Assembly (NCBI RefSeq): GCF_009914755.1 | Contig: NC_060948.1 | Direction: 5' to 3' (one strand) | Length of the DNA stretch: 64,000 nucleotides | Source: the human T2T-CHM13v2.0 reference genome, Homo sapiens | Part shown: piece after piece, positions 28,901 through 41,435 of the stretch | How positions within the stretch are numbered: position 1 is the first letter of the stretch | Layout: each line of letters opens with the position of its first letter | Made by a program: the position numbers and the translations under genes | Notes under the pieces: model-generated | Databases searched by the model: none | What the model saw: only the letters and a program-made list of their open reading frames with translations | Told to the model about the DNA's origin: nothing

Positions 28901-30339
28901 AGAAACATTGACTATGTGTGTGCTGTTTTTCGAAATAAGAAAATGTGTTTATGACACAAATTGTTTAATAAAAAAGTATTAAGACAAAAATAACAGCTAA
29001 ATAACATGCTTTTTGAAAAATTTCTAACATTTAACAAAATGGCAATCAAAATTTTAAAATTAAATATATATACAAGTATATGCTTTGTATATTTGTTTGA
29101 TTGTGTTTCAGAGAAAGAAATCTCAGCTACCACAACATCTCAAACAAATATTTGTCATGTGGCATGAGGAGTTTAATTATCCTCCTGATAGCCAGTGTAA
29201 AGAGAGATCTAACTTAAGAAATATGTTTGTTTCCTTGTTCCAAAAGAAAAAAAAAACTCAATCAAGGACAATATCTTATTTTTTAAAGTAGTACTACTAC
29301 AGTCTTCACACCTTTCAAGCTCATCTTTCTTTGGTTCAAACCCAAAGTGGCTACCTGATAAAGGATGGTGCATGATTACCTGATTCAGCAATGTTATGTT
29401 AATTTAGGTTTCTCAGGTGACCATCTCAAATGAATGCCAGATGGCACTTCAACCAGCTAATGGACCACAAAGAGCGGTTGGAACAGCATCTGCCTGGCAC
29501 TCATCCCTTTGTTGAGGTACAATCAGATTATCTGAACTTCCTACTAACACATTACCTTGGAGTAAGAACCATCTGTTTCTGAAAGGTGTATTCATTCATG
29601 TTAATTTGTGTAAAAGCACAGTTCTTTGGGTGAGCACATAAGCTACAGATTTAACAATTTAACAGTTACTTTCTTCATACTTGTCCAAAGTGAATACTGC
29701 CATTCTCCCCAACTGATTATATAGTACAACAGTAATTTGTGAGGAAATGGTAGCAAAACACCATATCATCTCTTTGTAGGACAATCACCTTTAGAGTAAT
29801 GCTTAATTGCTTTGAGTACACCACACTTCCTGGTCGAAATTTAGCCTGAGTGGTATTACACTATGAGTGACTTACAGTTTGACACTTCCATGCCTTGAGA
29901 CTAAATAAAGGGATCTTGATGGGGATGCAGTGGCCATGTCAAGCCCACAGAATTTCTTAAAAGGAAGCCTCTTTATCTTTAACCTTGATTCTTAGATTCA
30001 GACATTGTCTTGTCCTGTATCACTGAAAGTAAAAGCGGAGCCTTGAGCCTTATTCCTACAATATCCTGTGTTGTGTTCATCAGAACACAACAAACACTTA
30101 CCTCATGTAATTCTTGGGGCCCTTCCCCTATCTTTTTTTCCTAATAGCAGGTTTTGTATCCTATGCGTCATGCTTTTCAGAAAATTTGGAGTTTCAGCTT
30201 GTCATTTGCTCTTAATTTTATAAAGTACCAGTTAGGATAATAGTTAATGATATCTTGGAAGTCCTGAAAATTAAAAAAAAAGTAGAAATCTCATCACTTA
30301 GACATAATCATTTATTAACGTCTCTTAGGATTCTGAGTA

Positions 30340-30470
30340 TTTTTCCTCCACCTTCATCTGATCCTCCTTCCTCTCCCCATTTTCCTTTTCTTCTTCCTTC
30401 TCTTTCTTCTTCTCCCTTCTCCTCCCCCCTTTCCTCTTCTTTTTCTCCATCTCCTCCATCTTCTTCCTCA
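30340..30470. repeat. CT-rich low-complexity tract
   Basis: Near-pure pyrimidine sequence on the + strand. Confidence 0.85.
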
Positions 30471-30514
30471 CCAGCAAGATATTTTGGTATAGCTGGTTCA
30501 ATGAACAAAGACAG

Positions 30515-30834
30515 TGATCAACTCAACTTTTAGTCCTTCTCCAGTTCCTAGAGGGAGTTCCAATCCTCCAGTGACAAGGTTGGTTTCCCTGGCAACCAGC
30601 CCCATCCTGAGGCTTTTCAAGAGCCCACCAGAAGAACAAAATATTCTCCTATCACCCAGAACATTTCTAAGAATTTAAGAGCTCTGATCCAGGAACTGAA
30701 AGTCAAATAAAAGTATTAGAAAAAAAGATTCTTCTAGCACCTCTATCTAGAGGATTTTAGGTGTTCCTGGCAAGTTCTTTTGCCAGGAACTGAGGGCCGG
30801 AGACTAAACATGTTTTTTACTATGCTATAATACA
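30515..30834. mobile_element. MER21-like LTR fragment
   Basis: ttggtttccctggcaaccagccccatcctgaggct and repeated tttaagagctctg...ccaggaac. Confidence 0.65.
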
Positions 30835-32930
30835 TGATATGGTTTGGCTGTGAACCCACCCAAATCTCAACTTGAATTGTAAGAAGGACCTTTCACCTCC
30901 CACCATGATTTTGGGACCTGTCCAGCCTTAGGGAACTGTAAGTTCAATTATACTGATTTTTCTTCCCAGTCTCAGGTATATCTTTATCAGTAGTGTTAAT
31001 ACAGACTAACACAGTAAATTGATGTAGAGGGGGGCACTACTGAAAAGGTACCCAAAAGTGTGGAAGCCACTTTGGAACTGGGTAACAAGCAGAGGTTGCA
31101 ACAGTTTGGAGGGCTCAGAAGAAGACAGGAAAACGTGGGAAAGTTTTGAACTTCCTGGAGACTTGTTGAATGGCTTTACCCAAAATGCTGGTAGCGATGT
31201 GGATAGTAAGGTTTAGTCTGAGGCAGTCTTAGTTGAAAAGGAAGAACTTGTTGGGAACTGGAGTGAAGGTGACTGTTTTTATGTTTTATCAAAGAGTTTT
31301 GGGGTATATGCCCCTGCCCTACAGAATTGTGGAATTTTGAACTTAAGAAAGATGATTTAGGGTATCTGGAGGAAGACATTTCTGAGCAGCAAAGCATTCA
31401 AGAATTGTCTTGAGTACTGTTAAAGTCATTCAATTTTATAAGGGAAGCAGACTATAAAAGTTTGGTAAATTAGCAGCCCGACTATGCAATAGAAGAGAAA
31501 TTCCTATTTTCTTGGGAGAAATTCAAGGTGGCTGCAGAAACTTGCATAAGGAGCAATGAGCCTAATGTTAATCTCCATGAGCATGGGGAGAATTTCTCCG
31601 GGTCATATCAGAGGCCTTCATGACAGACCCTCCCATGAAAGGCCTGGAATACCAGGAGGAGAAAGTGAATTTGTGGGCTGGGCTCAGGGTCCCCATCCTA
31701 TGTGCAGACTAGGGACTTGGTGCCCTGTGTCCTAGCTGCTCCAGCTGTGGCTGAAAGGGGCTAACATAGAGCTTGGGCTGTGGCTTCAGAGGGTGGAAGC
31801 TCTTAACCTTGGCAGCTGCCTTGTGGTGTTAAGCCTGTGGGTGCACAGAAGTCAAGAATTGAAGTTTGGGAACGTCCAAGATTTCAGAAGATGTATGGAA
31901 ACACCTGTATGCCCAGGCAAAAGTTTGCTGCAGGGGTGGGGCCCTCATGGATAACCTTTGGCTAGGGTTGTGTCAAAGGGAAATGTGGGGTTGGATCCCC
32001 TACACAGAGTCCCTACTGGGCTACTGCCCAGTGGATGTAGCCAGAAGAGGGCCACTGTCTTCCAGATCCCAGAATGGTAGATCCACCAACAGCTTGCACC
32101 ATATGCCTAGAAAAGCTGCAGACACTCAATGCCAGCCCACGAAAGCAGCCCGGAGTGAGGCTGTACCCAGCAAAGCCACAGAGGCAGAGCTGCCCCAAAT
32201 CATGGGAACCTACCTCTTGCATCAGTGTGACCTGGTGTGAGACCAGGAGACAAAGGAGACCATTTTGGAGCTTTATAATTTGACTTCCCTGCTGGATTTC
32301 AGACTTGCATGGGCCCTGTAACCCCTTTGTTTAGGCCAATTTCTCCCATTTGGAATGGCTGTATTTACCAAATACTTGTATCACCATTGTATCTAGGAAG
32401 TAACTAGCTTGCTTTAGATTTTACTGGCTCTTAGGCAGAAGGGACTTGCCTTGTCTCAGATGAGACTTTGGACTGTGGACTTTTGGGTTAATGATAAAAT
32501 GAGTTAAGATTCTTTGGGGCTGTTGAAAAGATATGATTGGTTTTGAAATGTGAAAACATGAGATTTGTAGGGGAGCAGAGGTAGAATGATATGGTTTGCC
32601 TCTGTCCCCACCCAAATCTCAACTTGAATTATATCTCCCATAACTCCCACATGTTGTGGAAGGGACACGGGGGGAGGTAATTGAATCATGGGGAATGATC
32701 TTTCCCATGCTATTCTCATGATAGTGAATAAGTTTCAGGAGATCTGATGGGTTTATCCAGGTTCTTGATTTTGCTTCTTTTTCATTTTTCTCTTGCCTCT
32801 ACCATGTAAGAACCATCTTTCACCTCTCATCATGATTATGAAGCCTCCCCAGTCTTATGGAAATGTAAGTTCAATTAAACTTCTTTTTATTCCAGTCTTG
32901 GGCATGTCAGCATGAAAACAGACTGATACA
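30835..32930 (+). mobile_element. THE1A proviral element: 5'LTR 30835-31013 (internally deleted), internal 31014-32586, 3'LTR 32587-32930
   Basis: Both LTRs start tgatatggtttg and end in aca; THE1-int motifs (tttggaactgggtaac, aaaggagaccattttggagcttta); TSD ataca/atact. Confidence 0.93.
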
Positions 32931-33368
32931 ATACTACAGGCACTTTAGAGGAGTGTTGGATAGAACTGGAGACATATGTCCAGGGTCCTCCAAGCTAACT
33001 GCTAGGTCGTTACTAGAGTGCAGGTCTTTCCTCACTCAAACACAAAGGCAGGCCAGCAGCATCACACTGACCAACTTGAGAGGGAGAATAGACAGATATA
33101 TCCCTGCTTTTATACTCAGGTCCCAGAAAAGTCTATTCTTTCACTGGGAAAAATTAAAATGGATGTTTGTTTTCTGTGGATGCTTTTTTTTTTTTTTTTT
33201 GCATTACAGTTGAAGCTTTTTAAAAATTACGACCTCCTTCCCTCTTCACCTTCTCTTCCTCCTCCCGTACCTCCTCTTTCCCCATCTTCTTCTTTAACTC
33301 TCTCTGTCTCTCTTTCTATGTGTGGTGGCAGATACACATAAGGGTGTATAAAGAGGGGCATACATAGA

Positions 33369-33412
33369 TCTATCTATCTGTCTATCTATCTATCTATCTG
33401 TCTATCTATTTT

Positions 33413-33459
<47 letters not shown>
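33369..33459. repeat. Compound tetranucleotide STR (TCTA)2 TCTG (TCTA)4 TCTG (TCTA)2 TTTT (TCTA)11
   Basis: Read directly from the sequence. Confidence 0.95.
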
Positions 33460-33461
<2 letters not shown>

Positions 33462-33638
33462 AAAAATATGCATATCCCTAAAAACTTAATTAATAATATA
33501 TAGATGGCGTGATAACCTTTACCTGTCAACATTATATTTTTGATCATTTACCCATGAACTCAAATGGGTTGAAAACATGACTCTTAACACCTGTATAGTA
33601 CTCTCTTTTATGCAGAGTCCATGATATACCTACCTATT

Positions 33639-33991
33639 TGATATGGTTTAGCTCGGTGTCCCCACCCAAATCTAATCTAGAAATATACTCCCATAATTCC
33701 CACATGTTGTGAGAGGAACCTGGTGGGAGCTAATTTGAATAATGGGAGCTGGTCTTTCTTGCACTATTCTTGTGGTAGTGAATAAGTCTCGTGAAATCTG
33801 ATGGTTTATCAGGGGTTTCCGCTTTTGCTTTCTCCTCTTTTTTTCTTGCTGTCACCATGTAAGAAGTGCCTTTTGCCTCCCACCATGATTCTGAGGCCTT
33901 GCCAGCCATGTGAAACTGCAAGTCCAATTAAACTTCTTTCTTCGCAGTCTCAGGTATGTCTTTAACAGCATCATGAGAAAGGACTAATACA
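33639..33991 (+). mobile_element. THE1A solo LTR
   Basis: tgatatgg...tttatcaggggtttccgcttttgc...ggactaataca; perfect 5-bp TSD CTATT at 33634-33638 and 33992-33996. Confidence 0.95.
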
Positions 33992-34989
33992 CTATTCATC
34001 TACATGGGGTATTTCAGTGTTTTCTGTTTTTTAAAATTTTGACAAGATTGGGTTTAGGATGCTTCTTTGACATGACTGTGACCCTGCATGTTGGTTTGCC
34101 AGAGCCCGTGTTACGTGATTGTGGAAGAAAAGCTCTTAATTTCATGTAGCAAGAACAAGAATTGACTTAATATTCGCTACTCAGAAAAATAAATGCATCA
34201 AATAACATCCATCCAACTGTGTATATGGAAGATGTCCGGAAAAACCATAAAACAATAAAATTATCTTTGTCCTTGTGACCAAGATGGAAAGAATAAGACG
34301 GATTTTTACCCAAATCAGACAGGTTATATAGCGTTACTTCGGTCCAAGTATGTTTTTTCAGCATGATCATTTTTCAGTGTTGCATAATCATTTTTAAAGC
34401 AGCATTTACTCTGAATAAATTTGAAGACCTCATCATTTTAATCCATTTTATATATGTTGATAATATGAGTGAGAGTTGTCTATGATCAGGAGAAAGATTT
34501 GGTGGATAAGAAAATCATGTGGCATGTTTAGAAGTTGGAGAGGAGAAATGAAGATTTTGTGACCTGAGGTCTGTTTTTAATCTATTTCTGAGTCACCTGC
34601 AATTTTGATGATCTTTTGGATTTTCCCCAAATTCATCAAGTGAACTCACTTTTTAATTATTGTTACCGACTGACCTAGTGCATTCAGAATATGGTTTTTG
34701 TATTTATTTCTGCTTTTCCTTTTGTGTCCTTTTTCTTCATAGATCTAATAACTCACTGATTCCTGTGATACTGTACTGTATGGATGCCTCCCTTTTCACT
34801 GTATTATCTAGAAATGAAATACAGTCCATAGCAGGATGCTTAAAGAGGAGTTTGCCAGGTAGGGTTACTTATGTCTTAGAATCATGTTCTAAGTCACATA
34901 ACTGAGAAAATGACTTCTGGACACCCCAGGCAAACTTGAGATACTCAAAAATATGAGGCATAAACAGATCCAAAAAAAGACTGTACTCA

Positions 34990-35299
34990 GGCCGGGTGGT
35001 GGCTCATGATGGTCATGGTGGCTCACACCTGCAATCCCAGCACTTTGGGAGGCCAAGCAGGCAGATGACCTGAGGTCAGGAGTTTGAGAACAGCCTGACC
35101 AACCTGGAGAAATCTTGTTTCTACTAAAAATACAAAATTAGCCATGCATGGTGGCACATGCTGGTAATCCCAGCTACTCAGATGCTGAGGCAGGAGAGTT
35201 GCTTGAATCTAGGAGGCAGAGGTTGTGGTAAGCTGAGATCACTCCATTGCATTCCAGCCTCAGTAATGAGCAAAATCCATCTCAAAATATGAAAAAAAA
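34990..35299 (+). mobile_element. AluSp-like
   Basis: cctgaccaacctggagaaa, ggttgtggtaagc; flanks agactgtactc / agactgtccttc. Confidence 0.88.
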
Positions 35300-35539
35300 G
35301 AGACTGTCCTTCTCACTGATTTGATGTTCGTATCAACTGAAAACCAAAAAGCTGTGAGGCAACGCTCAAATGAAAATGAAGACAAGGCACAACATAAAAC
35401 ATAAAAGATAAATCAAGACAAAGTTCATCAGGAAACTCCAAATAATTTGATACTCCAGATGGCTCATATTGAGTAGTTTAAGTGCTTGGATTGTGAACTT
35501 AGGTCAAAATTTGTTGATGGCTAAGCCAAAGAAATATAA

Positions 35540-35571
35540 ACACACACTCATACACACACATACACATACAT

Positions 35572-35606
<35 letters not shown>
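35540..35606. repeat. (CA)n followed by (TG)n
   Basis: Imperfect CA run, short spacer taaagg, then a TG run. Confidence 0.9.
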
Positions 35607-35607
<1 letters not shown>

Positions 35608-35643
35608 CTTTACCATTAACTCACAAGGGTTGAGACATGACTT

Positions 35644-36993
35644 GACCTTGTGCAGCGGCTCACGCTGGTAATCCTAGCAGTTTGGGAGGCAGAAGTGGGG
35701 GGATTACCTGAGCTCAGAAGTTCAAGACCAGCCTGGGCAACATGATTAAATCCTGTCTCTACTAAAATACAAAAAATTCGCCGAGAGTGGTGGCACATAC
35801 CTGTAATCCCAGCTACTGAGGAGGCTAAGGAAGGATGTAGGGAAAAGAAAGAGAGATCAGACTGTTACTGTGTCTATGTAGAAAGGAAAGACATAAGAGA
35901 CTCCGTTTTGAAAAAGACCTGTACTTTAAACAGTTGCTTTGCTGAGATGTTGTTAATTTGTAGCTTTGCCCCAGACACTTTTAGCCAACCACTTTGACCC
36001 AACCTGGAGCTCACAAAAACATGTGTTGTATGAAATCAAGGTTTAAGGGATCTAGGGCTGTGCAGGATGTGCCTTGTTAACAAAATGTTTACAAGCAGTA
36101 TACTTGGCAAAAGTCATAACCATTCTCTAGTCTCAATAAACCAGGGGCACAGTGCACTGCAGAAAGCTGCAGGGACCTCTGCCCTTGAAAGTGGGGTATT
36201 GTCCAAGGTTTCTCCCCATGTGATAGTCTGAAATATGGCCTCATGGGATGAAAAAGACCTGTCCCCTAGCCTGACACCCATAAAGGGTCTGTGCTGAGGT
36301 GGATTAGTAAAAGAGGAAAGCCTCTTGCAATTGAGATAGAGGAAGGCCACTGTCTGCTGCCTGCCCCTGGGAACTGAATGACTTAGTCTAAAAACCAATT
36401 GTACATTTGTTCAATTCTGAGATGAGAGAAAAACCGCCCTATGGTGGGAGGCAAGACATGTTTACAGCAATGCTGCCTTGTTATTCTTTACTCCACTGAG
36501 ATGTTTGGGTGGAGAGAAACATAAATCTGGCTTACATGCATGTCCAGTCATAGTACCTTCCCTTGAACTTAATTATGACATAGATTCTATTGCTCAAGTG
36601 TTTGTTGCTGACCTTCTCCTTATTATCACACCACCCTCCTACTACATTCCTTTTTGCTGAAATAATGACAATAATCAATAAAACCTGAGGGAACTCAGAC
36701 AACGGTACCAGTGCAGGTCCTTGGTATGCTCAGTGCTGGTCCCCTGGGCCCACTGTTGTTTCTCTAAACTTTGTCTCTGTGTCTTATTTTTCTTTCTCAG
36801 TCTCTTTTCCCACCCAACTAGAAATACTCACAGGTGTGGAGGGACAGGCCACCCCTTCAAATGAGAATAACTTGATCTCAAAGACAGGGCTTGCATGAAC
36901 CACAATCATGCCACTACACTCCAGCATGGGTGATGGAGCAAAACTCTGTTCAGAAACAACAAAACAACAACAACAACAATGACAACAACAAAA
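35644..36993 (+). mobile_element. Alu (J/early S) split by LTR5B: 35644-35835 and 36860-36993
   Basis: Alu runs to gaggctaaggaagga and resumes gaataacttga...ccactacactccagc plus a (CAA)n tail; TSD core acatgact on both sides. Confidence 0.88.
35836..36859 (+). mobile_element. HERV-K(HML-2) solo LTR, LTR5B-like
   Basis: tgtagggaaaagaaagagagatcagactgttactgtgtctatgtag...caggtgtggagggacaggccaccccttca, about 1 kb; TSD aagga/aatga. Confidence 0.93.
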
Positions 36994-38634
36994 CATGACT
37001 CTTAACGTGTGTAATACTCTCTTCATGATTTACCTGCAAATATATACTTTTTGCTAATAGGAGAAACCATACACATTTATTCCTAGGGATGAATCTCTTC
37101 CTTCCCCTGATCCCCTGCTACTTTTCAAATTAAAATTCAAAGAATGTTTTATTGTGTAGACTTTTATGAGAGACAGTAGATGCAATGTGCAATAATTCAT
37201 TTGCAAAATTATAAAAATACTATCCAAATCAATATCTATCTAATATGTTATCTAGGGAAGACCAGGATATAACATTGAATTCCTTCTCAATTAGTGTATT
37301 CCTGAAGGCCCAAGAAGTGTGTATCTGCAATGCCCTGATAAACTGTTGACTTCAAAAAGACTGCACACAATTTGCTTTCAAGCATCAACAATCTGAAGTA
37401 AAACACTTGGCCTTTTTCAGAGTCTCCAGATATTTCTATCATTCCAAGAACCATATTTCCTTTGTAACAATAGTCCTGAATCTTCCTTCTGTTTTTGAAC
37501 CTTTCCCTATCTGGTACTTGGGAAAACCATTTGCCAGGGAAGAAGGAGAATGACAGAATAGATATTGAGTGCCTCTTTCTGTTTTCATATCTCCTATTGA
37601 GAGGCTCAATATAAAGAGTTAGAAGGGTGACTCATTCCTGACAACTGCATATAATTGCAGGAGGGCATTCCTTCCTTCCTCTGAGGCTACCTTTCCTTAT
37701 TCTATTTGATAGTCTCTATCAGTGCTAGAGGATTAATGATAGTTACCCAAAAGCTTCCCCTGTCTCTGAACACAGAAGATAATTACTATATTATCATCAT
37801 CATCATATAAAAGAGTTTCTGGTACCATCAGCAACACAGCAATACATCCTTGTCCTTTCCTGATACACTGAAAGAATCAAAAGGAAAAGATTCATACCTC
37901 ACACTCCATTTCAGCATGGCCACTGGAGCCCACATAGCATTAACCTCAAGAAAGTGACAGAAATGTCCTTACGCAAAGCACATCTCACTCAGCAAACTGC
38001 CTTCTGGGAAGAATCAATAACAATAAAAAAGTCTAAATTGCTACAAACCTATGCCCCAAAAGCGTTGCACATTTGCCACCAACAATTATTGAATACTTAC
38101 AATTCTTGGTAAAGAATACAGTTCTCACACAAGGCTAATGGTGTATAATTGAGTCGGTACGAGCCAATAATTATCCTTTTTTTATAACCCTTTTGAGGAT
38201 AATTTTGGCTTTAGTTACTTATGAATGCAAAATAACTCACATCTGTTTGCAGAAAAGTCCTTTTAAGGTAGTTGTGATCTTCCTATGTTGTTTCCTTAAA
38301 AATAGCAAGTTACACCAAAACTTGTCCTCTAGGTGGGATAGGATGGGTTTGTTTTCCTTTGCTTCCACCCATTACCCTTTCTTGCAACTGGTCTTTAATA
38401 GAGGAAAGTAAGATGTGTCACAAATATGCTCTGAAAACACTCAATACAGTAATAATCATTTTCTATGTATTTTACTCAAAGTAATCTGATGTGCCTAAAT
38501 ATCTTTTAAAGACTCAGATTCTGATTCTACTCCTTTCTCTTCAGTGCATACCTATGACCAAAGGGAGGAGAGGAACAAGGGGCCATGCTAGACTGTAGAA
38601 GGGCTTCATTTGGCCAGCCTGGGCCCCATGTTTA

Positions 38635-39165
38635 CTGTGTCCTCTATCTTGTCTTTTTCCTCCTCTTCTTTCATTTTCTCTCCCTTTTCTTCCCTTTCAC
38701 TCTCTTTCCCTCCCTTTCCCTCCCATCCCCCTCCCCTCCCCTTCCATCCTCCTCCCCTCCCCTTCCTTACTCCTGCCATTCCCATCCCCTCCCTCCCTCT
38801 CCACTTCCCTCTCCTCTGCTCCTCTCTGCCTCACCTCTCCTCCCTCCTTCCATCCCTCCCTCCTTCCCTCTCTCCTTCCTTCCCTCTGTCCTTCCCTTCC
38901 TTTCCTTCTTTCTCCTTCTTTCTTCTCTTCCTCTTATTCTTTTCTTCTTCTTCTCCTCGCCCTTCTCCTCCTCCTTCTCCTTCCCATTTTCCTTCTCTTT
39001 TCCCTTCTCCTTTTCCTTGTCTTTTCTCTTCTCCCTCTCCTCCTCACTCTTTCTCTTCCTTCTCTCCCCCTCCTCCTTTTCCCTCCTTCCCTGCTCTGTA
39101 TCCTCCTTCTCCTTCTTCTCTTCCTGTTCCTTCTCCTCCTTTTCTTCCCTCTTATTCTCCTTCTT
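38635..39165. repeat. About 530-bp polypyrimidine low-complexity tract
   Basis: Almost exclusively C/T on the + strand. Confidence 0.95.
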
Positions 39166-40439
39166 GCAATGGGCAAGCACTCCCCAGTTGCAGGCATCTC
39201 TGGTTCCCCACTGTTCACACAGCCTGAATCATGCCTGTGTGATAGCTGCCTGACTCCTGCAGGCATTTGAGTTTCCATCTCTGACTTAAATGATCATATG
39301 TGACACTTGTAAGATACAACTAAGAGGAGAAAGAAAAAATAATGTTGGTGATATGGGAGCAACTGAGATGTGAAACTAGGTACAACACTTACATATATTT
39401 ACTAAAGATATCATAGTGTACTCTCACTGTTTTTTTATGTACCTTCTGTTTTGTTATGTGTACTCTCTCTGTTTTACACTATACTTTGAAATTCACGTGC
39501 TATCTTTTTTAAAGTCTCATGATGATGACATGAGTTATGTATTAACCCAACCCACGGAGGAAAAAAAATGAACACATACACACACACAAAAATAAAATAA
39601 AACCAGAATGAAATAACATCATGTATTCAAGTTGACATGTAAATTCTGTAAGGAGTAGATTCAGGATTGCAGCATGCTTGAAAATGGGAACCGTACATGT
39701 TTTTCCTCTCTGAAGCACACTCCTAAATATAATTTTGACATCACCCAAAACGCATCAGCTGAAAAAAATGGTATAGGTATGTGATCAATGTTGAAAGATT
39801 ATAAAGAAAATAAAGACAAATACAGATTTTCTTTCAAAATATCAACATACTGGTTGTAGGCTCTTTTGGTCAAACTTGAAAGGAATAAAATTAAATAAAT
39901 AATATAAATATAGTGAAAATGAATATGTGTGTGTGTTTATACACACACATACACATACCATGCATGCATACATGGATAGGGAGTCATTTTGACTCAGGAA
40001 AAAAAAAAACTAAACTAAATGTTTAAGGAATATGTCATTAATCTTATCATACACTCTCTAGCTGGAGGAATCCATGCCTTTCCCCAAATTTGTGTCAGTA
40101 TCTCAGGTGATACCAATAATCAAACTCCATGCTTTCTACTGATGACAACCAAAAATGTCTCCAAACATTACCAAATGTCTCCTGAAGGCACAACCACCCC
40201 AGGTGTGTACCACTTCCTAGCTCCATCACATTCTATCACAATGTCCCCTTGAAACTCTTCCATATTTCCTACCAGTGTATTAAGAGCTCTGCAACCAATC
40301 TTCATCTAATTGCCAAAATGAAAAACTCACCAATTACTGTCAACTATTCCTTATGAGTAGTAACAGATTTAAAGTTTTTTCTGTTCCCATCACACCATTT
40401 CCAAGTCTTTGTAGAAGAAATCAGATATTATTATTGTCT

Positions 40440-40615
40440 AAATTCATTAACTTTGTATGCATCTTAGAATCATCCAAGGATTTGTTTAAAACTCCAAACT
40501 CCAGGTGACACCCCAGAAAATTAAATCAGAATATCAGGGGTTGAGGACACAGAGGCACTGTCTTTGAAGCTCCTCAGTTGACTCCAAAGCATGAAAACAT
40601 TTGTAAACTGCTGGT
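40440..40615. mobile_element. MER5A-type element
   Basis: gcatcttagaatcatcc...caccccag...aaatcagaat...aagctcctcagttgactcc. Confidence 0.65.
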
Positions 40616-41404
40616 CTAGATTTTTGGCCAAATTCAAGGATGAGCCATGACATTGGAAATGGGATGCCTATGTTGCATCCTGTACAAAATTTCCACATCA
40701 TCTTGGGTATATGACTTCATTCAACTCTGTTTTTCTCTATAATTTTGGGCTATAAGGCTTACCTCATGTGACAACCATGAGACTTAAAAAGATGACATGA
40801 ATTTCAAAATATAGTGAATGGAATCTATAACAATACAGTTGTTTCTACAATAACTATAATTTTTACTATTAATTATTCCTTTTCAATAATTATATTGAGC
40901 TCATTCTTTCCATTACAATGATGTTTTCAACAATTTCAGTCTAGAAAGCTGACTAAATAATTCAATCTAGGGATTATAAGTAGGATCATTATTTTAATCT
41001 ATATGTTGGTAAACTGGAATATATATTCAAGTAATTATTTTTCAGAAGAGCTATTTATGTGGTATACTTTGTAAATCATAGCCTACCTGAGTGCACCTTT
41101 CTATTGCCATTATGCTTGAAGGAAATCTTTTTTTCAGGGAGTTGAATTGAATTATTGGCCTTGGAATCCTAACCTGTCAACACTCTGTAGATGTTACTTG
41201 ATCTTTCATTGTTTGATATTACAGAGAAGCTTGGAGTCAGCCCAGGAATACTTCCATACCATGTCACATACTTTGTTTGCCATGGTGATTATAGATGTCA
41301 TTTTACTTTTATTTAAACTGTGATGATATATCACATTTTGGTTTGGATCTACTTTTATTAAATTTTCCTCAAACCCAAGTGAACTCCATCAATCTGCAAC
41401 TGTG

Positions 41405-41435
<31 letters not shown>

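Noticed and set aside
31866-32283. 124-aa ORF
   Set aside because: Fragment within the THE1 internal sequence.
33369-33459. Naming the STR as a specific forensic locus
   Set aside because: Flanks match no primer sequence I can reliably recall.
38585-39278. Overlapping 114-222 aa ORFs
   Set aside because: Stop-free only because the tract is pure C/T; products are low-complexity.
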